The notes below the pieces were generated by a model that worked only from the letters and a program-made list of their open reading frames with translations, searched no databases and was not told the DNA's origin. From assembly GCA_963823035.1 (NCBI GenBank), contig CAWGKG010000020.1, positions 96,001-160,000 of the forward strand: DNA of 64,000 nt, given 5' to 3'. Of the stretch, positions 25,107 to 34,767 are shown piece by piece. Positions within the stretch are counted from its first letter, which is position 1; each line of letters starts with the position of its first letter. This stretch comes from an uncultured Gemmatimonadales bacterium. Its GTDB lineage: Bacteria; Gemmatimonadota; Gemmatimonadetes; Longimicrobiales; Gaopeijiaceae. The translations under genes and the position numbers were made by a program.

Positions 25107-25466
25107 TCACCCCCGCCCGTCGCCGCCGGCGACCGGGCCGGTCGCCAGCACCTTGAAGACGGCGGCCGCGTAGCGGGACCACTCGCGGCTGGCGTCGGCG
25201 AGGCGGCGCTCCCCCTCGGGCGTGAGGGCGTAGTACTTCGCCCGGCGGTTGTTCTCCGAGGTGCCCCACGTCGACTCGAGCCAGCCGCGCCGCTGCATCC
25301 TGTGCAGCGAGGTATAGAGCGCGCCGTCCTCGATCTCGAGCGTGCCGTCGGTGGTACGGTGGATCCACTCGGCCACGGCGTAGCCGTGGCGGGGCTCGGC
25401 CTGGAGCGCCTGGAGGACCAGCACGTCCAACGTGCCCTGGAGCAGGCTCATCTGCCTCGGTGACAC
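25107..25466 (-). CDS. PadR family regulator #5 (acidobacterial type)
   Basis: LLQGTLDVLVLQAL, HGYAVAEWI, DGALYTSLHRM, ENNRRAKYYALT; GGAGGT RBS; start GTG 25466 or ATG 25451. Confidence 0.92.
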   Translation of the reverse strand: MSPRQMSLLQGTLDVLVLQALQAEPRHGYAVAEWIHRTTDGTLEIEDGALYTSLHRMQRRGWLESTWGTSENNRRAKYYALTPEGERRLADASREWSRYAAAVFKVLATGPVAGGDGRG

Positions 25467-25494
25467 CGGCACCTCCCTTTCGCGAGCCGATAGA

Positions 25495-25609
25495 TCCCTG
25501 AAACGTTCATGGAAAGAACTCCGAGAGAGCCCCGTCCTCGGGGAGAGGACGGGGCTCTCCTCCATGAATTGTTCATGGGAACCTAGGGAGGCGACCCGAG
25601 CGGGGTCAA
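25495..25609 (-). promoter_or_regulatory. padR#5 promoter with two operators flanking a hairpin
   Basis: TCCCTGAA-ACG-TTCATGGA (25495-25513) and TCCATGAA-TTG-TTCATGGG (25561-25579); minus-strand TTGACC-18-TAGGTT. Confidence 0.65.
25525..25559. repeat. Perfect 15-bp inverted repeat (hairpin)
   Basis: GAGAGCCCCGTCCTC-GGGGA-GAGGACGGGGCTCTC. Confidence 0.85.
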
Positions 25610-25643
25610 GAGACCTCGGCCGTGCCGAGGTCCGCGATCCGGT

Positions 25644-26120
25644 TCAGGGAAGGCGTGCGATCAGGAAGGTGTAGGTGTCGTCGAGCGCCCAGTGCGCCGC
25701 GTCGGCACCGAGGCGATCGGCCACCGCCCGCCCGAGCGCCGCGTCGGGCGTCACGACCGAGATCCCCACCAGGCCGTGGGTCGAGGGCTCCCCCGGGAGG
25801 CCGTCGGGGAGGGACCATCGCTCCCAGTCGAGCCGGTATCCCGTGCCCTCGAACCGGAAGCCGTCCGGGAGGTAGCCCTCCAGCTCGGGAGGCACCTGCC
25901 CCGCGTATCCGTCCGCCGGCCAACGAAGCCGCTCGAGCCGGAAACGCTCGGCGGCGCGGCGCGCGGTGCCGACGGCCTCCGCGACGTCGGCCGCGTGCGC
26001 TCGGAGCATCATCTCGTGGATATCGGGATAAGCCACGCGCGCGATCGTGATCAGCGCGATCAAGGCCGTGAGGAACTCCACGACCGTGAAGCCACGGCGC
26101 CCCTCCCGGGCCGCGCTCAA
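25644..26120 (-). CDS. Type IV pilin-like protein (copy 1)
   Basis: Class III signal RRG|FTVVE, hydrophobic helix and Pro22; TTG start overlaps the upstream stop. Confidence 0.7.
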   Translation of the reverse strand: MSAAREGRRGFTVVEFLTALIALITIARVAYPDIHEMMLRAHAADVAEAVGTARRAAERFRLERLRWPADGYAGQVPPELEGYLPDGFRFEGTGYRLDWERWSLPDGLPGEPSTHGLVGISVVTPDAALGRAVADRLGADAAHWALDDTYTFLIARLP

Positions 26121-26644
26121 GGCCGGCCCCCGTTCGTGGACGGCGGCAGGATCAGCCCTGCCACGCCCGCGGCGAACGTCGACGCCGGCTCCTGCGAGCG
26201 GTACCGGACAAGCACGCGGCGGCTGCGACCGCTCAGCACGTAGTCGTGGCTGTCCAGGCGCACGTACTCGACGCCCTCGAAGGGCGGGCCGGCCTCCGGA
26301 AGGACACCGGGGAGACGGCCGTGCTCGGTCCGATAGGCCTCGATCGCCTCGATCTGCAGGTAGACCCGGAATCGCACGGCCTGTGCCTCCGAGGCCAGCG
26401 GCGGCGGCTCGGGAGCGGAGATGCGCGTCCAGGCGGGAGGGAGCAGCCAGATCCAGGCGGCCGCCACCCACAATCCGATCGTCACGCCCTTCCTCAGGCG
26501 ACCTCGGCGCCTGCGTCGCTCGTCGGCCTCGCGCGCCGTGTCGGCCCGCTCCGACTGATCGCGCAACACGGCAGCGAGGGCGCGGGCGCGCTCCCGCTCC
26601 TCGCTGACACGCAGCGTCGGATCGACGTCGTCGATGTCGACCAT
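26117..26644 (-). CDS. Single-TM hypothetical protein with a pseudopilin (GspG)-like segment (copy 1)
   Basis: Charged N-terminus, one TM, YLQIEAIEAYRTEHGRLP; paralogue at 30406..30916. Confidence 0.7.
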   Translation of the reverse strand: MVDIDDVDPTLRVSEERERARALAAVLRDQSERADTAREADERRRRRGRLRKGVTIGLWVAAAWIWLLPPAWTRISAPEPPPLASEAQAVRFRVYLQIEAIEAYRTEHGRLPGVLPEAGPPFEGVEYVRLDSHDYVLSGRSRRVLVRYRSQEPASTFAAGVAGLILPPSTNGGRP

Positions 26645-26774
26645 GGGGGGCTCGTGGGAAGGCGGGCTGGTGGCGTGGAGGGGGCGAACCGCCTGCTTCC
26701 CAATCTAGGGCAGGGGTCGTCCGCGTCCCACCATCGACTGCGCCGTCGGTCGCATTCCAACCCTCTCTGACCCC

Positions 26775-26804
26775 TTGTAGTCTTATGCATAAGAACACTA
26801 TGCT
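26775..26804 (+). promoter_or_regulatory. padR#6 promoter/operator
   Basis: Perfect palindrome TCTTATGCATAAGA (26781-26794) within TTGTAG-18-TATGCT. Confidence 0.65.
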
Positions 26805-26843
26805 TCGGCGGTTCGCACCCGGCCGGAAAGAGGAGTGTGCACG

Positions 26844-27186
26844 ATGGCTGAGCCGTCGCTGGAGCTGCTGAAGGGGACGCTGGACGTCCTGATCCTGAAG
26901 ACGCTGAGTGGGGGTCCGATGCACGGGTACGGCGTGTCCCGGTGGATCCGTGACGCGACGCGCGACGCCTTCCAGGTCGAGGAGGGCGCACTCTATCCGG
27001 CGCTGCGCCGGCTGGAAAAGCGCGAGCATGGTCGAAGCCGCGTGGGGCGTCACCGATACGGGGCGCGAGGCGAAGTTCTACAGCCTGACCACGGCGGGGC
27101 GCGCGGAGCTTCGCTCGAGCCTGCGCACGTGGCGGCGCTACGTGCAGGCGATGGGCCGCGTCCTGGAGTCGCCGGCCACGGGATGA
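26844..27186 (+). CDS. PadR family regulator #6 (acidobacterial type; frameshift near 27025)
   Basis: LLKGTLDVLILKTL, HGYGVSRWI, EEGALYPALRRLE, then GREAKFYSLT in the shifted frame; GAGGAG RBS. Confidence 0.9.
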
Positions 27187-29847
27187 GCGGGCGGGGCGGA
27201 GGGAGGAAGCGAGGCGGGATCTTCCCCCGCTTCTCGGTCGCCGAGGACGTGGAGCGCGAGATCGGCATCCACCTGGAGATGCGCGCCGAGGAGCTGGAGG
27301 CGGAGGGGTGGGAGCCCGGCGCGGCACGGGAGGAGGCACGTCGCCTGTTCGGCGACGCACGAGACGTGGCCCGGCGCTGCCGGACCATCACGACCAGTCA
27401 CCACAGGGCGGTGAGGAGGACGAAGATGCTGGATGCGATGTGGCAGGATGTCCGCTACGCGATGCGCACGCTGCTGAGGACCCCGGGCTTCGCGGCGGTC
27501 GCGCTGGTGACGCTGGCGCTCGGGATCGGCGCGAACGCGGCGATCTTCTCGGTGGTGAACGGAATCCTCCTCCGCCCGCTGCCCTACGACCATCCCGAAC
27601 AGCTCGTCTGGATCAGCGAGATCAACACACGCGGCCGCAACATGGCCGTGGCGTGGCCGAACTTCGTGGACTGGCGGGAGCAGAGCACGAGCTTCACCGG
27701 GATCTCCCCGGTCAACGACTACACGACCACCGTGCTGGGCGGCGACGAGCCGCTGCGCGTGTCGATCGCCGTGGCGGGCGAGGACTTCTGGAAGATCTTC
27801 CCGGTACAGCCCCTGCGCGGCCGCCTGACCACGCCGGAGGACCACGTCCCCGGTTCGCAGCCGGTGGTGGTCGTGAGCCGATCCTTCTGGCAGAACGAGC
27901 TCGGCGGGCGCGACCTGGACAGCTATTCGCTCGAGGTCGAGGGCGCGCATGTGCGCGTCGTCGGGCGTGGTCCCGGACGGCTCGGTCTACCCGCGCGACG
28001 GCCAGATGTGGACGCCGGCGGAACCGCAGAACCAGTCGGACAGCCGCAGCTCGCACAACTGGAGGGTGGTCGGGCGGCTCGCTCCGGGCGCGGGGTTGGA
28101 GCGGGCACGGGACGAGATCGATGCGATCACGAAGCGCGTGGTGGCCCAGGCCACCGACGAGGACCCGGAGTACCTCGCGACCGGCGCCGCCACGGTGCCG
28201 TTGGCCGACCAGATGCTGGGCGACGTGCGCGGACCGCTCTTCCTCCTCCTCGGTGCGGCCGCGCTCGTGCTCCTGGTGGCGTGCACGAACCTGGCCAGCA
28301 CGCTCCTGGCCCGCGGCGCGGTGCGCGCCCGCGAGCTGGCCGTGCGCGCCTCCCTCGGCGCGCGCCGTGGGCGGATCGTGACGCAGCTCCTCACGGAGAG
28401 CCTCCTCCTGGCGGGGCTCGGCTCGGCGGCGGGCGTGGGCCTGGCGGCCCTGGTGGTGCGCGGCATCCGTGCCGCGGCACCCTCCTTCCTCCCGCGGGTC
28501 GACGAGGTGGGGATCGACGGGACCGTCCTGCTCTTCACGGCGGGCATCGCCGTGATCACCGCGCTCCTCTTCGGCCTCCTCCCCGCGCGGCGGCTGAGCG
28601 GCACGAGTGCCGGCGAGGCGCTGCGCTCCGGGAGCCGGGGCAACGCGGACGTGACGCGCGGCGGCATCTGGCGCTTCCTCGTCGGCACCGAGGTGGCCCT
28701 GGCCCTCGTGTTGCTGGCGGGCTCCGCGCTCCTCGTGCGCTCCTTCCGCTCCGTGATGGCGGAGGACGCGGGCTTCGACGCCTCCGACGTCGACGTGATC
28801 CCGATGTCGCTCTCCCAGATCAAGTACGCGACCGCGGAGGACGACGCGCTCTTCTACGACGGGTTCCTGGCCGAGCTGAAGGCGCTCCCCGGCGTGTCGG
28901 CCGCGGGGGTGATGAGCACGGTGCCGGTCGATGGTGGGCTTCCCAACGGGCGCATGGAGCTCGACGGGAACCTGGAGAAGCACGCGGACGGCGGGTACGT
29001 GGTGGCGAGTGCCGGGGCCTTCGAGGCGCTGGACATCCCCCTTCTGGAAGGGCGGCTCTTCGCGGCGACCGACGGCCCGGACGACCCCCACGTCGCGATC
29101 GTGAGCGAGGCCTTCGCGAAGCGCTACTGGCCGGGGGAGAGCGCGGTCGGGAAGTCGTTGACGGGCGGCGGCATGGACAACTTCTACGACCGACGGATCT
29201 TCGCGCGCGTGGTCGGCGTGGTGGGCGATGTGCGTCATCAGGGGTTGGCTCGGGAGACGTATCCCACGGCCTACTTCCCCTATACGCAGCGGCCCTTCCG
29301 CCTCCGCTATTCGGCGGCGGTGGTGGTGGAGGCCTCCAACGGTGACGCCGCGGGGCTGACGGCGGCGCTGCGGGACCGACTGCGCGTCGCGGACCCGGAC
29401 GTGCCCGTGCGCATCAGCACGCTGTCCAGCGTGGTGCGCGCGTCTGTCGGGGAGCGGCGGTTCGTGATGTTGGTGCTCGGTGGGTTCTCCCTCACCGCGC
29501 TGATCCTGGCGGGCGTGGGGATCTTCGGCGTGGTGTCCTACAGCGTGGCTCGCCGGACGCGCGAGATGGGCATCCGCATGGCGCTCGGCGCCGATCCCGG
29601 GGGCGTGCTGCGTCTGGTGATGTCGGCCGCGATGGGCATGGTGGTGCTCGGCCTCGTGGTGGGCGTCGCCGGCGCGCTCGTGCTCACGCGCGTCATGCGG
29701 AGCCTCCTCTACGAGGTGAGCCCCACCGACCCGCTGGCCCTCGTGGTGGCCACCCTCCTGCTGGCCGGCGCCGCGCTCGTGGCGAGCTGGCTGCCGGCGC
29801 GCGCCGGCACGCGCGTCGATCCCATGATCACGATGCGGTCCGAATAG
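27183..29847 (+). CDS. ADOP-type duplicated ABC permease #6 (one frameshift near 27965)
   Basis: DVEREIGIHLEMR, QDVRYAMRTLLRTPGF, LGIGANAAIF, ELAVRASLGA, REMGIRMALGA, VDPMITMRSE; ATGA overlap with padR#6. Confidence 0.9.
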
Positions 29848-29862
29848 CCCGGGGGGCGCCGC

Positions 29863-30409
29863 TCAACGACGGCGGTGGACCCCACCCAGCACCAGCGTCC
29901 ACGTCGAGTCGCGAACGAAGGAGCGCTCGGAGGCGTAGCGCAGCAGAAGCTCCGCCAGGATGCGGGGGTCCCCGGAGCGCACGGCGATCCCCGCCAGCTT
30001 CCCGACCTCGGGGGGTGGGTGTACGACCGTGTCGCGTGCCGGGAGCCGCGCCGGGGTCGTCGGTGGCTCCAGGGACTCGGGGGCTTCGGGCTCCTCGAGG
30101 ATCTCCCACACGCTCCAGTCGAGCGCCGTTCGAGGGGGGCCGGCGTCGGGCGCGGCGGTGAGGGCGGAGGCCAGCTCCGGCGGCAGGGCGTGCCCCCCCG
30201 GATCCGCCGGCCACGTTCCGGTGCGCTCGTGGTAGCGCTCGGCCGCCGCGCGCACGGCGTCGACGGCGTCGACGGCGGCGTCCACCTCCCGGCCGACGCG
30301 ACGCCGCTGCGATCGAGGGGTACGCGAGGGCGAGACCCACGGCGAGCACGGCGAGGAGGAGGAGGACGTCTCCGGTCGCGAGGCCCATGACGCGCCCGCG
30401 ATCGCTCAC
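29863..30409 (-). CDS. Degenerate type IV pilin-like protein (copy 2; frameshift near 30290)
   Basis: MG|LATGD, hydrophobic helix and Pro22; AAERY...WPAD...PPEL, LDW..W and GIAV match copy 1. Confidence 0.6.
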
Positions 30410-30916
30410 GGCGCCCAGATCCCCAGCCACGTGCCCACCCCACGCTTCAGTCCCCGGAGCGGGATGCGCCGAATCGTAGACGAGGGCGCTCCCGTCCGCC
30501 CGTCGCGCCACCAGCTGGTACATGCGGCCGTTGGAGCGCACGAAGCGCAGCCCGGGGATGCGGACGGGGACTTCGGAGAGGGAAGTGGGCAGGCGACCCT
30601 CGCGCGCCCGGAACACGTCGATCTGCGACGCCTGCAGGTAGAGGTCGACCCGGAGTCCCCACTCGAGCTCGATGGGGGACGGAACCGGCGGCGGCGGCAC
30701 GGGGATCCACGCGGGGCGGAGCGCCGCCAGCAGCGCCGCGGCGACGAAGAGCGCCAGCGCCGTTGGGGTCTTCCAGCGCCCGCCGCGCGGGTCCGGGAAG
30801 CGGACCCGGTGCCGCTCCTCCTGGCGCTCGGCGTGCGCCAGCGCTTCGGCGAGGAGGCGGTCCCTGTCCTCGACCGGGTCGATACGGTGCACGGACACGT
30901 CCTGGGCGTCGGGCAT
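30406..30916 (-). CDS. Single-TM hypothetical protein with a pseudopilin-like segment (copy 2; probable 3' frameshift)
   Basis: PAW, YLQASQIDVFRAREGRLP and Y.L motifs align with 26117..26644. Confidence 0.68.
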
Positions 30917-30957
30917 CGAGGCGGCACTCTGGATGAAGTCGCCCCAAGATAAGCCGT

Positions 30958-33526
30958 TCAGGGCGTGAGCCAGTAGCTCGCCTTGATCACGAAGACGTTG
31001 TCCGGGTGGGCGTCGAACATCGCCTCACGGTCGCGGCCGAAGCGGAAGTCCCCGACCCCCTGCGCGTAGTCCGAACGGCTCTGCTGCCACGCCAGGTAGA
31101 GCGTCGAGCCGGGGCGATACTCCCAGCGCAGGACCGCAGTGCCCCGCAGCGACCGGTAGTTGAAGTCCGGGTCCGGCGCGGCGCCCTCCCACGGCGTGAA
31201 GGTGTAGCCACGCGGGGTGGCCAGGGAGCCGACCTGAAGGAAGTCCCCGCTGGAGATGAACGGCTGCGCGTAGAGCTGGAAGGAGAGCTTCGGCGTGAAG
31301 GTGTAGTCGAGGCGCGTCTCCATCGCCAGCGTGGTCTGGCGCAGGGGGGCGAAGAGGTAGCGCGCCCCGTACGTGGCGGTCGCGGTCGGGTCGGCGACGG
31401 TGCCGACGTACTGCGCCTGCGTCATGCTCCTCCCGATGGAGGGGCCGATCTGGAGGCGCCACCGGTCCGACGTGCGCACGATCGCGGTCACGTCCAACCC
31501 GGTCGCCCAGCCGCCGTATTCGTCGCGCATCCCGTCGATGGTGGTGAAGACCGAGACCGCCTTGCGCGAGTCCGAGCCGACGTGGAAGAAGCCGCTCCAG
31601 TTGGCCGGACGTTGCATGAGCGGCCCACCGCGCGTGCTCCGGTCGTCCACGGCGCGGACCTGCCTGGAGATGGCCAGCGCGCCGCCCCAGAAGTCCAGCG
31701 TCCGGAAGTTCATCTGCAGGCGCCAGATCGCGAGGATCCGCTGCCAGTCGTAGTTGTGCTCGTAGCGGACGGCGCTGATGAGCGCGTAGTTGCGCAGGAA
31801 CGTTCCGGGGCGGTTCTCCTGGTAGGTGAGCGTGCCCGCCACGTCGCGCCGGTCCGTCCGGGTCTGGAAGCCCAGGTCGTTCACCTCGAACGCCGGGGAG
31901 GTGGCCGCCACGGCCAGGTCTCCACGCCAGTGCTCGCCCCCCTGACGCTCGACAGCGGCGCCGACCGAGTATCCGGTCAGCGTCGTCGTGTTCGGGTCCA
32001 CGCCCAGGTGGCTGGCGTCCGGCCGCTGGAAGAAGTGGTTGCCCGCGGTCTGCACGGCGACCATCGCCTCGGGCGTCCCCGCCACGCGGCTGTAGGCCGC
32101 CGACCCGCGCACGGCCCACGCGCGGCTGGCGGACTCCAATCGGAGGTCGAGCCCGCCCGCGTAGGCCGAGGAGCGCAACGCCGAGCGGAGCGGGTCGGTG
32201 GTCAGGTCCCGGTTGGCGGCCGTCAGCATGCCGCCGACGGAGGTCCGCCCCTGGTTCGAGTCCTTGCGCACCCTCGTGACCAGGTAGTTGGTCATCGGCT
32301 CCACCCGGAAATCCTGCGGGACGCCGTCCGCGGTCATGTAGCGGGCGTCCTCGCGGTCGGTGAGCGCCTCGATCACGCCGAGCGACCACCCGGACGAGGT
32401 CTTGCCGCTGAACTTCGCGGCGCCGAGGATCGTGGTCACGTCGGGAACGTCCGCGGCGGCCGTGGGCGGGCGGAGCTGCGGGTTGCGCCCGATGCGGCGT
32501 GTGTAGAAGAGCTGTCCGCCGCTCGTGTTGCGCCCGAAGTCGAAGATCTCCCCGCCCTCGACGAAGAAGGGCCGCTTCTCGTCGAAGCGCGTCTCGTAGA
32601 CCGTGAGGTTCACGACCGCGGGGTCCTGCTCCACCTGGCCGAAGTCCGGATTGAGGCTCGCGTTCAGGGTCAGGTCGGACGTGACGCGATAGAGCAGGTC
32701 GACGCCGCCCGACCCCGACGACTCGGAGCGTTTGCGGAAGGGGTTCGGGCCCGGGATCGACGTGCTCGGAGCGCGCCACGCCGTAGGGGAGCACCTCAAG
32801 GCGGTGGCCCGGCCGGAGGTCACGCAGCCCCACCAGGTTCGCGTACGTCGGGATCCCGCCCGGCTCGCTCTTCGGCGTGAAGGAGAGCACGGCGTACTCC
32901 TTCCGCCGCCCGATGATGCGCTCGAGCTGGATGCCCCACACCTGCTCCGGTTCGTCACGGAAGCGGAGCTGGCTGAAGGGGATGCGATACTCGGCGGTCC
33001 ATCCGCCGTCGTCCACGGTGGCGGCCGCCTCCCACACCGCGTCCCACGAGAGGTCGTCGTGCTCATCGCCGCCGGACCCCATCGACTTCACCGCGTCGCG
33101 CTGCACGCCGGCCGGGTTCAGGTCGAGGGAGAAGGCCGTGCGATGGTCGTGGTAGGAGTCGATGACGACGCCGAGCCAATCCGAGTCCTGCAGGTCCATG
33201 TCCCGCCGGCCGAGCCGCATCGTGGGTGGCCGGCTGTCCGCGAGCCGCACGCCGATGTAGAGCGCCTCGTCGTCGTAGAGCACGCGGGCGATCGTCGGCT
33301 CGCTCACGGGCTGCCCCTCCTCGGGATCCACCTGCGTGAAGTCGTCGACCGGTTGGGCCCGTTGCCAGGAAGCCTCGTCGAGGACGCCGTCCACATGGAT
33401 CGGGCCGGTGGCGCGGGCCGCCTCCACCACCGGCCGGCCCTCGTCGCGCGGCGAGGCGGTGGCCTGGGCGGCCGCCGCGGCGGGGAGCGTCGCCAGGGCG
33501 ATCCAGGTGAGTCGCATCGTCGGCAT
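30958..33526 (-). CDS. CBM9-like/DUF5916 domain exported protein with C-terminal beta-barrel (frameshift near 32750)
   Basis: Signal peptide; IHVDGVLDEASW, WDAVW, WTAEYRIPFSQLRF, NPDFGQVEQD, EKRPFFVEG, FYTRRIG; ends IKASYWLTP. Confidence 0.85.
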
Positions 33527-33724
33527 CGAAGATCGTCCTCGGTCGGGCTGGGTCGTGGGCACCCGGTCGGACGCGGGGAGGAGGGGGAACGGTTGGACGC
33601 GGGGCCCCGCCGCGTGGGCGCTGCGAGCGGAGAATATGGGTCGAGGGCCATCCGAGGGGAACCGCGGTGCGCCGTCGGCGCAGGAAGACCGACCCTGCCC
33701 CGGAGCGGTGGCATTGATGGAATC

Positions 33725-33749
33725 AAACAAGTGTTTTATACATGCGTTT
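33725..33749. promoter_or_regulatory. Putative TetR-family operator of the efflux operon
   Basis: AT-rich tandem AAAC-AAGT-GTTT / ATAC-ATGC-GTTT upstream of the HlyD gene. Confidence 0.5.
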
Positions 33750-33813
33750 CTCGTGGAGCGCGCAGGGGCGCCTCCCCTTTGTCGAGCGGAATGCCGTCCA
33801 GGAGCGCATCCAG

Positions 33814-34767
33814 GTGAAAGCGAGACGTCTTCTCCCGATCCTCTTCCTCGCCGTGATCGTCGCCGCGGTCGTGTGGAACGTGCGCAGCTCCGACGACCAG
33901 GACCTGGTGCTCACGGGGATCGTCACGACCGACGATGTCCTGGTGAGCCCCCAGGTCGCGGGTCGCATCGACAGCCTCTCCGTGGACGTCGGCGACGCCG
34001 TCGAGCGGGGACAGCTGGTGGCCGTCATCGAGCCGGGTGAGCTGGCTGCCGACAAGTCCTACTTCACGCACTCCGCGGAGGCCCTCGGCGCCCAGGTGGC
34101 GGCGAGCGAGGCGGACGTGGCCGCCGCCGAGGCGCAGGAGGCCGAAGCCCGGGCCGGCCTGCAGAAGGCGGAGCAGACGCTGCGGCGCAACGAGGCCGTG
34201 GCGGGCACCGGTGGGATCACCGACGAGGCGCTCGACCAGGCGAGGACCGCCGTGGAGGTCGCGCGCGCCCGGACCGAGGCCGCCACCCGCAAGGTCGCGG
34301 CGGCACGGAGCGGCCTCTCGGCCGTACGCCAACAGCGTGACGCGGCGGCCGCGCAGGTGACCAAGGCGGACGTGCGGCTCGGCTACACGGAGGTGCGCGC
34401 TCCCGTCTCGGGGGTGGTGGACGTCCGGGCGGCGCGCCTGGGAGAGGTGGTCGGGGCCGGCCAGCCGATCGTCACGCTCGTGGATCCGGACGATCTCTGG
34501 GTGCGGGCGGACGTGGAGGAGACGTACGTGGACCGCATCCGCGTGGGCGACCGCATGACCGTACGCCTCCCCTCCGGCGAGGAGCGCGAGGGGACGGTCT
34601 TCTATCGTGGCGTGGACGCGCAGTACGCCACGCAGCGCGACGTGAGTCGGACCAAGCGCGACATCAAGACGTTCGAGGTACGGCTGCGCGTCGACAACCG
34701 CGACCGGCGCCTGGCGCTCGGGATGACGGCCTACGTCCTGCTCCCGGCGCCGGAGAAGGCGTCTTGA
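33814..34767 (+). CDS. HlyD-family membrane fusion protein (YbhG-like)
   Basis: N-terminal TM, lipoyl-like VDVGDAVERGQLV, coiled coil, VRAPVSGVV, L.LGM. Confidence 0.9.
   Translation: MKARRLLPILFLAVIVAAVVWNVRSSDDQDLVLTGIVTTDDVLVSPQVAGRIDSLSVDVGDAVERGQLVAVIEPGELAADKSYFTHSAEALGAQVAASEADVAAAEAQEAEARAGLQKAEQTLRRNEAVAGTGGITDEALDQARTAVEVARARTEAATRKVAAARSGLSAVRQQRDAAAAQVTKADVRLGYTEVRAPVSGVVDVRAARLGEVVGAGQPIVTLVDPDDLWVRADVEETYVDRIRVGDRMTVRLPSGEEREGTVFYRGVDAQYATQRDVSRTKRDIKTFEVRLRVDNRDRRLALGMTAYVLLPAPEKAS

Noticed and set aside
26835..29345. 836-aa ORF that looks like a PadR-permease fusion
   Set aside because: Artefact of a frameshift near 27025. The PadR C-terminus continues in another frame and ends at 27186, overlapping the permease ATG as in other modules.
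29828..30916. 362-aa ORF fusing the TM protein to the pilin-like protein
   Set aside because: Copy 1 has two separate overlapping genes, and a GTGA overlap exists at 30406-30409. Probable indel.
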